Counted from the first letter of the stretch, positions 9,977 through 24,648 are shown. The stretch is 64,000 nt of DNA from Escherichia coli (GCF_001677475.2 NZ_CP015229.1), one strand, 5' to 3'. Numbers and translations: made by a program. Notes: a model not told the origin generated them from the sequence alone.

Positions 9977-10810
9977 GTGAAAAAAACACAGCAAAAAGAA
10001 ATCGAAAATGTGACAAATATCACAGGTGTTCGTCAAATTGAGTTATGGCGGCGTGATGATTTACAACACCCACGGTTAGATGAGGTCGCGGAAGAAGTTC
10101 CCGTTGCGCTGGTCTACAACGGCATTTCGCATGTGGTGATGATGGCGTCGCCCAAAGACCTTGAGTACTTTGCGCTCGGTTTTTCGCTTTCCGAGGGGAT
10201 AATAGAAAGTCCGCGCGATATCTTCGGCATGGATGTCGTTCCTTCCTGTAATGGTCTTGAAGTACAAATTGAGCTTTCCAGCCGCCGCTTTATGGGGTTG
10301 AAGGAGCGCCGCCGGGCGCTGGCGGGACGTACGGGCTGTGGCGTATGCGGCGTGGAGCAACTTAATGACATCGGAAAACCGGTGCAGCCGCTACCGTTCA
10401 CCCAGACGTTTGATCTCAACAAACTGGATGATGCATTACGTCATCTCAATGATTTCCAGCCAGTGGGGCAACTGACTGGTTGTACTCACGCCGCCGCCTG
10501 GATGTTGCCATCTGGCGAACTGGTCGGCGGGCATGAAGACGTGGGTCGCCATGTGGCGCTGGATAAACTGCTGGGCCGCCGGGCGCAAGAAGGGGAAGGC
10601 TGGCAGCAAGGTGCGGTACTGGTTTCCAGTCGTGCCAGTTATGAAATGGTGCAAAAGTCGGCGATGTGCGGCGTAGAGATTTTGTTTGCGGTGTCTGCCG
10701 CGACCACGCTTGCTGTAGAAGTGGCTGAGCGTTGTAATCTGACGCTGGTAGGTTTTTGTAAACCAGGTCGGGCAACCGTTTATACCCATCCGCAGCGTTT
10801 GAGCAATTAA
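9977..10810 (+). CDS. fdhD: Formate dehydrogenase accessory sulfurtransferase FdhD
   Basis: 277 aa ORF divergent from fdoG. Confidence 0.9.
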   Translation: MKKTQQKEIENVTNITGVRQIELWRRDDLQHPRLDEVAEEVPVALVYNGISHVVMMASPKDLEYFALGFSLSEGIIESPRDIFGMDVVPSCNGLEVQIELSSRRFMGLKERRRALAGRTGCGVCGVEQLNDIGKPVQPLPFTQTFDLNKLDDALRHLNDFQPVGQLTGCTHAAAWMLPSGELVGGHEDVGRHVALDKLLGRRAQEGEGWQQGAVLVSSRASYEMVQKSAMCGVEILFAVSAATTLAVEVAERCNLTLVGFCKPGRATVYTHPQRLSN

Positions 10811-10818
10811 TTAAAATA

Positions 10819-10860
10819 AGTCCTGCGATATATATTAAATTGCAGGACTTATTCATTTTG
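10819..10860 (+). terminator. Rho-independent terminator after fdhD (aagtcctgc...gcaggactt + T-rich)
   Basis: 9-bp inverted repeat followed by attcattttg. Confidence 0.5.
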
Positions 10861-10962
10861 TGAATTTTATTATTTTATTTATAAACAAAACGCGTGTAGT
10901 GGCGTTTTCTTTTTTCATTTATTATGTTCACTCTCTTATCTATATATTTATAAGGCAATTAA

Positions 10963-12018
10963 ATGAAAAGGAATTTATTATCTTCCGCTATTATAGTCGC
11001 CATCATGGCCCTCGGTCTGACGGGTTGTGATGATAAAAAAGCCGAAACAGAAACTCCCCCGCCCGCCAATAGTCAACCTGCCGCTCCAGCTCCTGAAGCG
11101 AAACCTACTGAAGCTCCCGTTGCAAAAGCAGAAGCTAAACCTGAAACGCCTGCGCAACCGGTGGTCGATGAACAAGCGGTTTTCGACGAAAAAATGGATG
11201 TCTATATTAAGTGCTACAACAAGTTACAGATCCCTGTACAGAGCAGTCTGGCGCGTTATGCTGACTGGCTGAAAGATTTTAAACAGGGGCCTACCGGTGA
11301 AGAGCGTACTGTTTATGGCATCTACGGCATTAGTGAATCCAGCCTATCTGAGTGTGAAAAAGGCGTAAAAAGTGCTGTGGCGTTAACGCCTGCGCTGCAA
11401 CCAATTGATGGCGTGGCGGTGAGTTATATCGATGCTGCCGTGGCGTTGGGTAATACCATTAACGAAATGGATAAATATTACACCCAGGAAAATTATAAAG
11501 ACGATGCGTTTGCGAAAGGGAAAACGCTGCACCAGACATTCTTAAAAAATCTGGAAGCCTTTGAACCTGTAGCAGAATCTTATCATGCGGCGATTCAGGA
11601 AATTAATGATAAGCGTCAGCTTGCGGAACTGAAAAATATTGAACAAAGAGAAGGGAAAACATTCCACTACTACTCTCTGGCAGTCATGATTTCAGCGAAA
11701 CAAATTAATAACCTGATATCGCAAGATAAGTTTGATGTTGATGCGGCAATGAAGAAAGTCTCTGAACTGGAAACGCTGGTGGCGCAGGCCAAAGAAGCGG
11801 ATAAAGGCGGTATGAATTTCTCGTTCATTAATTCGGCAGACCAGTATCAACTCGAGGCTAAAAAATATGTTCGCCGCGTCAGAGATAAAGTTCCGTACTC
11901 TGACTGGGATAAAGAGCAACTTCAGGATGCAAACACAAGCTGGATGGTCGACGACTCTTTCCCGAGAGCATTACGCGAGTACAACGAAATGGTCGATGAT
12001 TATAATCGCCTGCGTTAA
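10963..12018 (+). CDS. yiiG: Lipoprotein YiiG (DUF3829 family)
   Basis: 351 aa ORF with lipobox LGLTGC and Pro/Ala/Glu-rich linker. Confidence 0.85.
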   Translation: MKRNLLSSAIIVAIMALGLTGCDDKKAETETPPPANSQPAAPAPEAKPTEAPVAKAEAKPETPAQPVVDEQAVFDEKMDVYIKCYNKLQIPVQSSLARYADWLKDFKQGPTGEERTVYGIYGISESSLSECEKGVKSAVALTPALQPIDGVAVSYIDAAVALGNTINEMDKYYTQENYKDDAFAKGKTLHQTFLKNLEAFEPVAESYHAAIQEINDKRQLAELKNIEQREGKTFHYYSLAVMISAKQINNLISQDKFDVDAAMKKVSELETLVAQAKEADKGGMNFSFINSADQYQLEAKKYVRRVRDKVPYSDWDKEQLQDANTSWMVDDSFPRALREYNEMVDDYNRLR

Positions 12019-12044
12019 ACGTTTTTGTTTTTGCTGTGAAATAC

Positions 12045-12082
12045 AAGGTCGGATGTGGCGTAAACGCCTTATCCGACCTACA
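12045..12082. repeat. REP (repetitive extragenic palindrome) element
   Basis: ggatgtggcgtaaacgccttatccgacctac matches the REP family seen repeatedly in this window. Confidence 0.7.
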
Positions 12083-12119
12083 CGTCATTAAGCCGTGTCA
12101 GCTGTGGATCCGACAACAT

Positions 12120-12631
12120 TCACCCCTCGCGAAGTAACGCCATAAACCCTTCATACCCCGTTAGCCCGACAATAGTTTCCGCCGAATGCTGACACAGGAC
12201 GCTGGCAAGATAGCTGAATATTTTTAACTCGTGACGCGCATCGGCGGCGGCGCAGGCGATCAAGACATGGTTAATGACTTCGTTATTCACCTCAACTGGT
12301 TGGGCGAGGGTAATAAAAAATCCACGAAAACGTCGCTCCTGTTCGCTCCAGCAATTTCGCCATCGCTGGCTTTCCAGTCAATGGCCTGCGCTTTGCGGGC
12401 GAACAACACAAAGGGCTGTTTTACGCAGGCGCTTTTACCGTGCGGCACGGCGATGCCGGAACCAAATCCCGTGGAGTGCATTTTTTCGCGCAGCAGCAGG
12501 GTTTGCAGGAACTGGTGTTAGTCGGTGATAAAACCGTTTTGTAACGCCATTGTCGCCAACTGCTTCAGAATGGAATAAGCGCCATTGCCCTGAATATTCA
12601 GGTCAATACAGCTTGCAGTAAGAGCTGCCAT
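12120..12631 (-). pseudogene. frvA: frvA (PTS EIIA fructose-like) pseudogene: in-frame TAA after codon 37 plus a downstream frameshift
   Basis: Minus-strand reading MAALTASCIDLNIQGNGAYSILKQLATMALQNGFITD*HQFLQTLLLREKMHSTGFGSGIAVPHGKSAC... with EIIA motif GIAVPHG; C-terminal part continues in another frame. Confidence 0.7.
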
Positions 12632-13108
12632 TAATCGAACTCCATGAAAAAATATTTCAGTTAATTGTAACGGCGGGGCGGGTTTGTGATGAGCGCGGAT
12701 ATGTCGTGAAGTCGTGACAATATAAAGCAGAGTGAAGGATAAATTTTGCGGGGTAAGGCACATAGTGATTGGTAAAATAAATGTTGTGAATAAAAATTAA
12801 TTCTTTAATGATTTTATGAATGTTTAACTGTCGCGGATATTTTGCTGCAACGTTATTTATATTTGTGGCTTATGAGTCAGCGTGAATCATATCTAATATT
12901 TTTTACGATATTTAGTTAAAAACGGCACTATTGTTATATTCCTCACGTTCCAGGAAATCAGCGGATTTACTCATATTATGCAGCGGGATACTATCCATCG
13001 GCCTGCTGAAGTTGGATTAAAAATTCGAAAGTGCACACCTTATATTTCTCTATATGCGTATTCCTTTTGGAAAGCGTAGGGTCTCTTTTATTTCAGGGAA
13101 CGTAAATA

Positions 13109-14503
13109 ATGAAAAAATCGACATTATCTTTAGCCATCGGTTTATTATTGGCATGTAGTACCGGAATGGCAAAAACACAGCATTTAACGCTGGAACAACG
13201 CATGGCATTGCTGGAAGAACGCCTGGAAGCGGCAGAAATGCGGGCAGCAAAAGCAGAGAGCCAGGTTAAACAGCTGCAGACACAACAAGCCGCTGAGATC
13301 CGCGAAATTAAGACTGCCCAGGGCAATACGCCGGTAAATGGACAGGCAACGGCGGAATCTGCAAAGAAAAATTCCACCTCACCTAATCTTTTGCTCTCAG
13401 GTTATGGCGATTTAAAAATCTACGGCGACGTAGAATTTAATATGGATGCGGAAAGTAATCATGGCCTGCTGGCAATGACCAACGCTGATGTGAATAGCGA
13501 TCCCACTAATGAACAGTGGAATCTCAATGGTCGTATTCTGTTAGGTTTTGATGGTATGCGAAAACTGGATAATGGTTATTTCGCCGGGTTCTCCGCACAA
13601 CCGCTGGGGGACATGCACGGTTCAGTAAATATCGATGATGCGGTATTCTTCTTTGGCAAAGAAAACGACTGGAAGGTCAAAGTAGGCCGTTTTGAAGCCT
13701 ACGATATGTTCCCGCTGAATCAGGATACCTTTGTTGAACATTCCGGTAATACTGCGAACGATCTTTATGACGATGGCAGCGGTTATATCTATATGATGAA
13801 AGAGGGCCGCGGGCGCTCTAACGCTGGCGGTAATTTCCTCGTCAGCAAACAACTTGATAACTGGTATTTTGAATTAAACACGTTACTTGAAGACGGAACA
13901 TCTTTATATAATGATGGTAATTATCATGGACGCGATATGGAGCAGCAGAAAAATGTTGCTTATCTGCGTCCGGTAATTGCCTGGTCGCCGACGGAAGAAT
14001 TCACCGTTTCCGCAGCGATGGAAGCGAACGTGGTAAATAATGCTTATGGTTATACCGATAGCAAGGGTAATTTTGTCGATCAGTCCGATCGTACCGGCTA
14101 TGGTATGAGCATGACCTGGAATGGCCTGAAAACGGATCCGGAAAATGGTGTCGTGGTTAATCTTAATACCGCCTATTTAGATGCTAATAATGAGAAAGAC
14201 TTCACTGCCGGGATTAACGCGCTGTGGAAACGTTTCGAGCTGGGTTATATCTACGCGCACAATAAGATTGATGAATTCAGCGGTGTAGTTTGTGATAACG
14301 ACTGCTGGATTGATGATGAAGGGACGTACACCATTCACACCATTCATGCGTCTTATCAGTTCGCTAATGTGATGGATATGGAGAACTTTAATATTTACCT
14401 CGGGACGTATTACTCCATTCTGGATAGCGACGGTGATAAAAAACACGGTGATGATACTGATGACCGTTACGGCGCACGCGTTCGCTTTAAATACTTCTTC
14501 TGA
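13109..14503 (+). CDS. Putative outer-membrane beta-barrel porin with N-terminal coiled coil (BglH/ScrY-like or OprB-like carbohydrate porin)
   Basis: 464 aa ORF: signal peptide MKKSTLSLAIGLLLACSTGMA, heptad-rich LTLEQRMALLEERLEAAEMRAAKAESQVKQLQ, aromatic-rich body with alternating residues, C-terminal RFKYFF. Confidence 0.6.
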   Translation: MKKSTLSLAIGLLLACSTGMAKTQHLTLEQRMALLEERLEAAEMRAAKAESQVKQLQTQQAAEIREIKTAQGNTPVNGQATAESAKKNSTSPNLLLSGYGDLKIYGDVEFNMDAESNHGLLAMTNADVNSDPTNEQWNLNGRILLGFDGMRKLDNGYFAGFSAQPLGDMHGSVNIDDAVFFFGKENDWKVKVGRFEAYDMFPLNQDTFVEHSGNTANDLYDDGSGYIYMMKEGRGRSNAGGNFLVSKQLDNWYFELNTLLEDGTSLYNDGNYHGRDMEQQKNVAYLRPVIAWSPTEEFTVSAAMEANVVNNAYGYTDSKGNFVDQSDRTGYGMSMTWNGLKTDPENGVVVNLNTAYLDANNEKDFTAGINALWKRFELGYIYAHNKIDEFSGVVCDNDCWIDDEGTYTIHTIHASYQFANVMDMENFNIYLGTYYSILDSDGDKKHGDDTDDRYGARVRFKYFF

Positions 14504-14508
14504 TGAAG

Positions 14509-14540
14509 TCGCGGTGCTGGATATTTTCCGGCACCGCAAC
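14509..14540. terminator. Hairpin between convergent porin gene and rhaM (gcggtgc...gcaccgc)
   Basis: 7-bp inverted repeat; no strong T-run, so weak call. Confidence 0.3.
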
Positions 14541-14543
14541 TCA

Positions 14544-14858
14544 TTAAGGCAGGTAAAACACTTCTTGCAGCTCGCTACTGACTGGGCTGTTATCCGGGTT
14601 AGCTGGCATAACGTCGGTCATATATTTCCACCAACGTTGGCAAACATCAGTACTGGCTACCGCATTCCACCGTTCTTCAGATTCAATCTCTACCGTGGCA
14701 AACAGCAGATTACGCGCTTTGTCGAGGTAAATGGTGTAGTTATGCGCACCGTGAGATTTCAACACTGCTTCCAGTTCCGGCCAGATGGGATTATGCCGAC
14801 GCTGATACTCTTCGTGGGCGTCGGGGTTAACCTGCATGACAAAGGCTTTGCGGATCAT
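14544..14858 (-). CDS. rhaM: L-rhamnose mutarotase
   Basis: 104 aa ORF, position downstream of rhaD. Confidence 0.9.
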   Translation of the reverse strand: MIRKAFVMQVNPDAHEEYQRRHNPIWPELEAVLKSHGAHNYTIYLDKARNLLFATVEIESEERWNAVASTDVCQRWWKYMTDVMPANPDNSPVSSELQEVFYLP

Positions 14859-14867
14859 GTTTGCTCC

Positions 14868-15692
14868 TTACAGCGCCAGCGCACTGGCTAGTGGTGTAAC
14901 GCCGAAGCGCTTGCCGAGCGCTATCAACTCTTCACGGTTGATGGTCTGTTTCATGCCGCCCATCGAATAAACCTTCACTAATACTTGTGCTGATTTTTCT
15001 GCGGTGTCGATTAAACCGAATGTTTCATCCAGCGTCGGCCCGCTGCCGAAGACGCCGTGGAAGGGCCACAACACCAGCGAATGTTTTTGCATTTCTTGTG
15101 CGGTCGCCTGGCCGATTTCGTCCGTGCCGGGCACCATCCACGGCAGAATGCCAACGCCATCCGGGAACACTACCAGACACTCGGTGCTGCCTTCCCACAG
15201 TTGGCGAGTAAAGACCGCGGTGTCGTTTTCCAGTACGTAGGTAAGGGCGATCAGGTTGGTGGCGTGGCAGTGCATGATCACCCGATCTTTACCGTTGGTG
15301 GCTTTAATGCGCTCGCAGTGGGAAAGGAAGTGAGCCGGAAGTTCGGAAGTGGGGACGGCTTCGTTGGTTAATCCCCAGAGAATATGGTAGCCCGCGCCGT
15401 CGCTGTCGACTTTTACGACGCCTAAGTTAGCCGCAGGATCAAGCTGGACGTTACGGAAGAATTTGCCGGAGCCGGTGACAATAAACGGTGTATTTGCCAG
15501 TAAAGGCATGGGCTGGCTGAGCGGAATATAGCGTGGTTGTGGGTGGAAGTTGTCGTGATAAAGCGCGATATCGGCGTCATCCAGGCGCAGCGTCAGGTTG
15601 CCGCCGTTGCGCTCGTCCCAGCCTTTCAGCCAGGCATCGGTGGTGGCTTTGATCATTCCCTGGACAAACCAGGACTGGGTAATGTTTTGCAT
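14868..15692 (-). CDS. rhaD: Rhamnulose-1-phosphate aldolase
   Basis: ORF trimmed to [13 protein letters not shown]... (274 aa). Confidence 0.9.
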   Translation of the reverse strand: MQNITQSWFVQGMIKATTDAWLKGWDERNGGNLTLRLDDADIALYHDNFHPQPRYIPLSQPMPLLANTPFIVTGSGKFFRNVQLDPAANLGVVKVDSDGAGYHILWGLTNEAVPTSELPAHFLSHCERIKATNGKDRVIMHCHATNLIALTYVLENDTAVFTRQLWEGSTECLVVFPDGVGILPWMVPGTDEIGQATAQEMQKHSLVLWPFHGVFGSGPTLDETFGLIDTAEKSAQVLVKVYSMGGMKQTINREELIALGKRFGVTPLASALAL

Positions 15693-15735
15693 GTTCTGTG
15701 TTCCTGTAAATTCGGTGTTGTCAGATGCACGACCC

Positions 15736-15771
15736 GTAGGCCGGATAAGGCGCTCGCGCCGCATCCGGCAG
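15736..15771. repeat. REP element between rhaD and rhaA
   Basis: gtaggccggataaggcgctcgcgccgcatccggcag. Confidence 0.7.
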
Positions 15772-15774
15772 TGT

Positions 15775-18787
<3,013 letters not shown>

Positions 18788-19624
18788 ATGGCCGTATTAC
18801 ATAGTGTGGATTTTTTTCCGTCTGGTAACGCGTCCGTGGCGATAGAACCCCGGCTCCCGCAAGCGGATTTTCCTGAACATCATCATGATTTTCATGAAAT
18901 TGTGATTGTTGAACATGGCACGGGTATTCATGTGTTTAATGGGCAGCCCTATACCATCACCGGTGGCACGGTCTGTTTTGTGCGCGACCATGATCGGCAT
19001 CTGTATGAACATACCGATAATCTGTGTCTGACCAATGTGCTATATCGCTCGCCGGATCGATTTCAGTTTCTCGCCGGGCTGAATCAGTTGCTGCCACAAG
19101 AGCAGGATGGGCAGTATCCGTCTCACTGGCGAGTTAACCACAGTGTATTGCAGCAGGTGCGACAGCTGGTTGCACAGATGGAACAGCAGGATGGGGAAAA
19201 TGATTTACCCTCGACCGCCAGTCGCGAGATCTTGTTTATGCAATTACTGCTCTTGCTGCGTAAAAGCAGTTTGCAGGAGAACCTGGAAAACAGCGCATCA
19301 CGTCTCAACTTGCTTCTGGCCTGGCTGGAGGACCATTTTGCCGATGAGGTGAATTGGGATGCTGTGGCGGATCAATTTTCTCTTTCGCTGCGTACGCTAC
19401 ATCGGCAGCTTAAGCAGCAAACGGGACTGACGCCTCAGCGTTACCTGAACCGCCTGCGACTGATGAAAGCCCGACATCTGCTACGCCACAGTGAGGCCAG
19501 CGTTACTGACATCGCCTATCATTGCGGATTCAGCGACAGTAACCACTTTTCGACGCTTTTTCGCCGAGAGTTTAACTGGTCTCCGCGTGATATTCGCCAG
19601 GGACGGGATGGCTTTCTGCAATAA
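18788..19624 (+). CDS. rhaS: AraC-family activator RhaS
   Basis: 278 aa ORF with C-terminal HTH. Confidence 0.9.
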   Translation: MAVLHSVDFFPSGNASVAIEPRLPQADFPEHHHDFHEIVIVEHGTGIHVFNGQPYTITGGTVCFVRDHDRHLYEHTDNLCLTNVLYRSPDRFQFLAGLNQLLPQEQDGQYPSHWRVNHSVLQQVRQLVAQMEQQDGENDLPSTASREILFMQLLLLLRKSSLQENLENSASRLNLLLAWLEDHFADEVNWDAVADQFSLSLRTLHRQLKQQTGLTPQRYLNRLRLMKARHLLRHSEASVTDIAYHCGFSDSNHFSTLFRREFNWSPRDIRQGRDGFLQ

Positions 19625-19697
19625 CGCGAATCTTCTCAACGTATTTGTACGCCATATTGCGAATAATCAACTTCGTTCTCTGGCCGAGGTAGCCACG

Positions 19698-20546
19698 GTG
19701 GCGCATCAGTTAAAACTTCTCAAAGATGATTTTTTTGCCAGCGACCAGCAGGCAGTCGCTGTGGCTGACCGTTATCCGCAAGATGTCTTTGCCGAACATA
19801 CACATGATTTTTGTGAGCTGGTGATTGTCTGGCGCGGTAATGGTCTGCATGTACTCAACGATCGCCCTTATCGCATTACCCGTGGCGATCTCTTTTACAT
19901 TCATGCTGACGATAAACACTCCTACGCTTCCGTTAACGATCTGGTTTTGCAGAATATTATTTATTGCCCGGAGCGGCTGAAGCTGAATCTTGACTGGCAG
20001 GGGGCGATTCCGGGATTTAGTGCCAGCGCAGGGCAACCACACTGGCGCTTAGGTAGCGTGGGGATGGCGCAGGCGCGGCAGGTTATCGGTCAACTTGAGC
20101 ATGAAAGTAGTCAGCATGTGCCGTTTGCTAACGAAATGGCAGAGTTGCTGTTCGGGCAGTTGGTGATGTTGCTGAATCGCCATCGTTACACCAGCGATTC
20201 GTTGCCGCCAACATCCAGCGAAACATTGCTGGATAAGCTGATTACCCGGCTGGCGGCCAGCCTGAAAAGTCCCTTTGCGCTGGATAAATTTTGTGATGAG
20301 GCATCGTGCAGTGAGCGCGTTTTGCGTCAGCAATTTCGCCAGCAGACTGGCATGACCATCAATCAATATCTGCGGCAGGTCAGAGTGTGTCATGCGCAAT
20401 ATCTTCTCCAGCATAGCCGCCTGTTAATCAGTGATATTTCAACCGAATGTGGCTTTGAAGATAGTAACTATTTTTCGGTGGTGTTTACCCGGGAAACCGG
20501 GATGACGCCCAGCCAGTGGCGTCATCTCAATTCGCAGAAAGATTAA
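19698..20546 (+). CDS. rhaR: AraC-family activator RhaR (GTG start at 19698; upstream in-frame ATG at 19608 would overlap rhaS)
   Basis: ORF in frame from 19491; 282-aa form from [13 protein letters not shown]... Confidence 0.85.
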   Translation: MAHQLKLLKDDFFASDQQAVAVADRYPQDVFAEHTHDFCELVIVWRGNGLHVLNDRPYRITRGDLFYIHADDKHSYASVNDLVLQNIIYCPERLKLNLDWQGAIPGFSASAGQPHWRLGSVGMAQARQVIGQLEHESSQHVPFANEMAELLFGQLVMLLNRHRYTSDSLPPTSSETLLDKLITRLAASLKSPFALDKFCDEASCSERVLRQQFRQQTGMTINQYLRQVRVCHAQYLLQHSRLLISDISTECGFEDSNYFSVVFTRETGMTPSQWRHLNSQKD

Positions 20547-21577
20547 TTCGCCATGCCCATGCCGACGATGTTGGCGGCGACAATAATCACCACACAACCG
20601 AGGCTCAACACCGTTACCGGACGGCGACCTGCATTGTTCCACTCTTTCAGCACCAACCCGACGATACCGCCGCACAATACATAGAAGCTCATATGCAGCA
20701 TCCAGCTGATGTAGTCATACTGCGCCGGAATACGCGCGTGGCCCCAGGCATAGAAAAAGAATTGTAGATACCACATCAACCCGCCCAGTGCTGAGAGTAA
20801 CACATTGTGAATGATCAGCGGTTTTGCCAGCGAGAAGTCGGCTTTTAGCGACAAATCCTTCATTTTTGCCAGACGAATAAAACAGAAACCGAGGTTGATG
20901 ATCGCGCCGCCGCCCATGATGACAACATAGCTTGGCAGAGCGACATACAGTGGATCGACGCCTAGTGCGACAGCGGCTTCATGCATCGGTTTTGCGGCGT
21001 TCATCGCAAAGGACATCCCGGCAGAGAAAATGCCGCACATCACCGCCAGCACCAGCCCTTTTTTCAGATTGAACTCTTCGGCTTTAATGCCCATCTTGCG
21101 CTCTTTCAACTGCCCGGCTCGAGTTACAATCCCTACGCCAATCAGCGCCACCAGAACGCCGAGCAACGTCATGCGTCCGCCTTCGGTATTAATCAGCACA
21201 TCGAAATTGCCGTTGATAATTGGCGTCATCAGCGTACCGACAATCAACGTAATGCCAATGGCGATGCCAATTCCCATCGACATGCCGAGATAACGCATGG
21301 TCAGGCCGTAGTTGATATTACCGATCCCCCACATAGCGCCGAACAGAAAAACAGGCAGCAGCGTAGAGAGACTAAACGAGCTGTAATACGCCCAGAAATT
21401 CGGCAGTAACAGGGCGCTGATGGCCCACGGCAGAATAATCCACGAAACAATCCCACCAACTGACCACATGGTTTCCCATGACCATTTTTTTACTTTTTTG
21501 AACGGAGCGTAAAAACAGGCTGCACTGGCCGCGCCGATCAAATGCCAAAATATCCCCATCGTAATCGCGTTACTCAT
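20543..21577 (-). CDS. rhaT: L-rhamnose-proton symporter
   Basis: 344 aa polytopic membrane ORF. Confidence 0.9.
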   Translation of the reverse strand: MSNAITMGIFWHLIGAASAACFYAPFKKVKKWSWETMWSVGGIVSWIILPWAISALLLPNFWAYYSSFSLSTLLPVFLFGAMWGIGNINYGLTMRYLGMSMGIGIAIGITLIVGTLMTPIINGNFDVLINTEGGRMTLLGVLVALIGVGIVTRAGQLKERKMGIKAEEFNLKKGLVLAVMCGIFSAGMSFAMNAAKPMHEAAVALGVDPLYVALPSYVVIMGGGAIINLGFCFIRLAKMKDLSLKADFSLAKPLIIHNVLLSALGGLMWYLQFFFYAWGHARIPAQYDYISWMLHMSFYVLCGGIVGLVLKEWNNAGRRPVTVLSLGCVVIIVAANIVGMGMAN

Positions 21578-21861
21578 CTTCTTATCCTCATCATTTTTCG
21601 TCGCGTCACATCTCCGACGAGATGAGTGTAAAAATCGTGCTGTCGATTAACCTTTCGCCTGTTGCCGCCGTTGTCGATTTACTGGCAATCACGGCATTAA
21701 GTGGGTGATTTGCTTCACATCTCGGGCATTTTCCTGCAAAACCATACCCTTACGAAAAGTACGGCATTGATAATCATTTTCAATATCATTTAATTAACTA
21801 TAATGAACCAACTGCTTACGCGGCATTAACAATCGGCCGCCCGACAATACTGGAGATGAAT

Positions 21862-22482
21862 ATGAGCTATACCCTGCCATCCCTGCCGTATGCTTACGAT
21901 GCCCTGGAACCGCACTTCGATAAGCAGACCATGGAAATCCACCACACCAAACACCATCAGACCTACGTCAACAACGCCAACGCGGCGCTGGAAAGCCTGC
22001 CAGAATTTGCCAACCTGCCGGTTGAAGAGCTGATCACCAAACTGGACCAGCTGCCAGCAGACAAGAAAACCGTACTGCGCAACAACGCTGGCGGTCACGC
22101 TAACCACAGCCTGTTCTGGAAAGGTCTGAAAAAAGACACCACCCTGCAGGGTGACCTGAAAGCGGCTATCGAACGTGACTTCGGCTCCGTTGATAACTTC
22201 AAAGCAGAATTTGAAAAAGCGGCAGCTTCCCGCTTTGGTTCCGGCTGGGCATGGCTGGTGCTGAAAGGCGATAAACTGGCGGTGGTTTCTACTGCTAACC
22301 AGGACTCCCCGCTGATGGGTGAAGCTATTTCTGGCGCTTCCGGCTTCCCGATTCTGGGCCTGGATGTGTGGGAACATGCTTACTACCTGAAATTCCAGAA
22401 CCGCCGTCCGGACTACATCAAAGAGTTCTGGAACGTGGTGAACTGGGACGAAGCAGCGGCACGTTTCGCGGCGAAAAAATAA
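21862..22482 (+). CDS. sodA: Manganese superoxide dismutase
   Basis: [36 protein letters not shown]... (206 aa). Confidence 0.95.
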   Translation: MSYTLPSLPYAYDALEPHFDKQTMEIHHTKHHQTYVNNANAALESLPEFANLPVEELITKLDQLPADKKTVLRNNAGGHANHSLFWKGLKKDTTLQGDLKAAIERDFGSVDNFKAEFEKAAASRFGSGWAWLVLKGDKLAVVSTANQDSPLMGEAISGASGFPILGLDVWEHAYYLKFQNRRPDYIKEFWNVVNWDEAAARFAAKK

Positions 22483-22741
22483 TCATTTGCCGCCTGCTGC
22501 AATGAGGCGTTTACGCCGCATATCAGCTTAAAAAATGAACCATCGCCAACGGCGGTGGTTTTTTTGTGATCAATTTCAAAATAAAAACAATAATCCGATA
22601 AAAATAAAACAGTGTTTCAATTGATGTGGTTTTGATCACTTTTATTGATTAAATGAATGTCTATCTTCGTTTCCATCAACACTGATGCTCCATTGAGGAA
22701 TTACGCATCAGCCCTTAAAAATATGCCGACAGGTGATGGAA

Positions 22742-23725
22742 ATGCAGATAAAACGCTCGATTGAGAAAATCCCGGGGGGGATGATGCTCGTCCCGCTATT
22801 CCTTGGCGCACTGTGCCACACCTTCTCGCCGGAGGCGGGGAAATATTTTGGATCATTCACCAACGGGATGATTACCGGTACGGTGCCCATTCTGGCGGTG
22901 TGGTTTTTTTGCATGGGGGCGTCAATAAAATTAAGCGCGACGGGAACGGTATTGCGTAAATCCGGTACGCTGGTGGTAACAAAAATTGCCGTCGCGTGGG
23001 TGGTTGCGGCAATTGCCTCGCGCATTATTCCGGAACATGGTGTTGAAGTTGGATTCTTTGCCGGACTTTCAACGCTGGCGCTGGTGGCGGCGATGGATAT
23101 GACAAACGGCGGACTTTACGCTTCCATCATGCAGCAGTACGGCACAAAAGAAGAAGCTGGGGCATTTGTGTTGATGTCGTTGGAGTCCGGGCCGCTCATG
23201 ACGATGATTATTTTGGGCACTGCCGGGATTGCCTCGTTTGAACCGCATGTTTTCGTCGGCGCAGTATTACCGTTCCTGGTGGGCTTTGCCCTGGGGAACC
23301 TTGACCCTGAATTGCGAGAATTTTTCAGCAAAGCGGTGCAAACGCTGATTCCGTTCTTTGCCTTCGCGCTGGGCAATACCATTGATTTGACTGTGATTGC
23401 CCAGACAGGTTTGCTGGGGATCCTGTTGGGTGTGGCAGTAATCATCGTGACCGGTATTCCGTTGATTATCGCCGATAAATTGATTGGCGGTGGCGATGGT
23501 ACAGCCGGAATCGCGGCTTCCAGTTCCGCAGGGGCCGCGGTAGCGACACCTGTGCTGATTGCAGAAATGGTGCCTGCGTTTAAACCGATGGCTCCGGCAG
23601 CAACTTCGCTGGTAGCGACGGCGGTCATTGTGACTTCGATTCTGGTGCCAATTCTTACCTCTATCTGGTCACGTAAAGTCAAAGCCAGAGCGGCGAAAAT
23701 CGAAATTTTAGGTACGGTGAAATAA
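22742..23725 (+). CDS. kdgT: 2-keto-3-deoxygluconate permease
   Basis: 327 aa membrane ORF. Confidence 0.85.
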   Translation: MQIKRSIEKIPGGMMLVPLFLGALCHTFSPEAGKYFGSFTNGMITGTVPILAVWFFCMGASIKLSATGTVLRKSGTLVVTKIAVAWVVAAIASRIIPEHGVEVGFFAGLSTLALVAAMDMTNGGLYASIMQQYGTKEEAGAFVLMSLESGPLMTMIILGTAGIASFEPHVFVGAVLPFLVGFALGNLDPELREFFSKAVQTLIPFFAFALGNTIDLTVIAQTGLLGILLGVAVIIVTGIPLIIADKLIGGGDGTAGIAASSSAGAAVATPVLIAEMVPAFKPMAPAATSLVATAVIVTSILVPILTSIWSRKVKARAAKIEILGTVK

Positions 23726-23873
23726 ACCTGCTTCCTTAATCTCCACAGCCGGATGAACTAACGTTCGTCCGGTTTGCTATTGAGTTCCTGCCTGGATACT
23801 TACCGCGAAAACAGCACGCCTGACATAAAATAAATATGGTCTAATGGGGAAATTTCTCGTGGAGAGGGAACAG

Positions 23874-24548
23874 ATGCGATATCCGGTTGATGTATACACA
23901 GGCAAGATTCAGGCTTATCCCGAAGGCAAACCCAGCGCAATTGCCAAAATCCAGGTTGATGGTGAGTTGATGCTGACGGAGCTGGGGCTGGAAGGTGACG
24001 AGCAGGCGGAGAAAAAGGTTCACGGCGGGCCAGACAGAGCGCTGTGTCATTATCCTCGTGAGCATTATCTCTACTGGGCGCGGGAATTTCCGGAACAGGC
24101 GGAGTTGTTTGTTGCGCCTGCGTTTGGCGAAAACCTCTCAACCGATGGCCTGACGGAAAGTAATGTTTATATTGGCGATATTTTCCGCTGGGGAGAGGCA
24201 TTAATTCAGGTCAGCCAGCCACGCTCACCTTGCTATAAACTTAATTACCATTTTGATATCAGCGATATAGCGCAGTTGATGCAAAACACGGGTAAAGTGG
24301 GGTGGTTGTATAGCGTGATAGCGCCAGGGAAAGTGTCTGCGGACGCGCCGCTGGAGTTGGTTTCCCGTGTCAGCGATGTGACCGTGCAGGAGGCTGCCGC
24401 CATCGCATGGCATATGCCGTTTGATGACGATCAATATCACCGTTTACTCTCCGCCGCCGGGTTATCGAAAAGCTGGACGCGGACGATGCAAAAGCGCCGA
24501 CTGAGCGGCAAGATCGAAGATTTTTCCCGCCGGTTGTGGGGAAAATAA
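23874..24548 (+). CDS. yiiM: MOSC-domain protein YiiM
   Basis: 224 aa from MRYPVDVYTGKIQ... Confidence 0.85.
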   Translation: MRYPVDVYTGKIQAYPEGKPSAIAKIQVDGELMLTELGLEGDEQAEKKVHGGPDRALCHYPREHYLYWAREFPEQAELFVAPAFGENLSTDGLTESNVYIGDIFRWGEALIQVSQPRSPCYKLNYHFDISDIAQLMQNTGKVGWLYSVIAPGKVSADAPLELVSRVSDVTVQEAAAIAWHMPFDDDQYHRLLSAAGLSKSWTRTMQKRRLSGKIEDFSRRLWGK

Positions 24549-24551
24549 CCC

Positions 24552-24648
24552 CCCGGAGTGTAGGCCTGATAAGACGCTATCAGCGTCGCATCAGGCATCC
24601 TGCTCAAATGCCGGATGCGGCGTAAACGCCTTATCCTGCCTACAAATG
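24552..24648. repeat. Pair of REP elements (BIME-like)
   Basis: gtaggcctgataagacgctatcagcgtcgcatcaggc and gccggatgcggcgtaaacgccttatcctgcctac. Confidence 0.7.

Noticed and set aside
13109-13180. Lipoprotein call for the porin-like protein (LLAC)
   Set aside because: Residue at -2 is Leu, atypical for a lipobox, and GMA-K fits signal peptidase I cleavage; left as uncertain rather than called
19608-19697. Upstream ATG start for rhaR
   Set aside because: Kept as an alternative only; the 282-aa GTG-initiated form was preferred, but this cannot be settled from sequence
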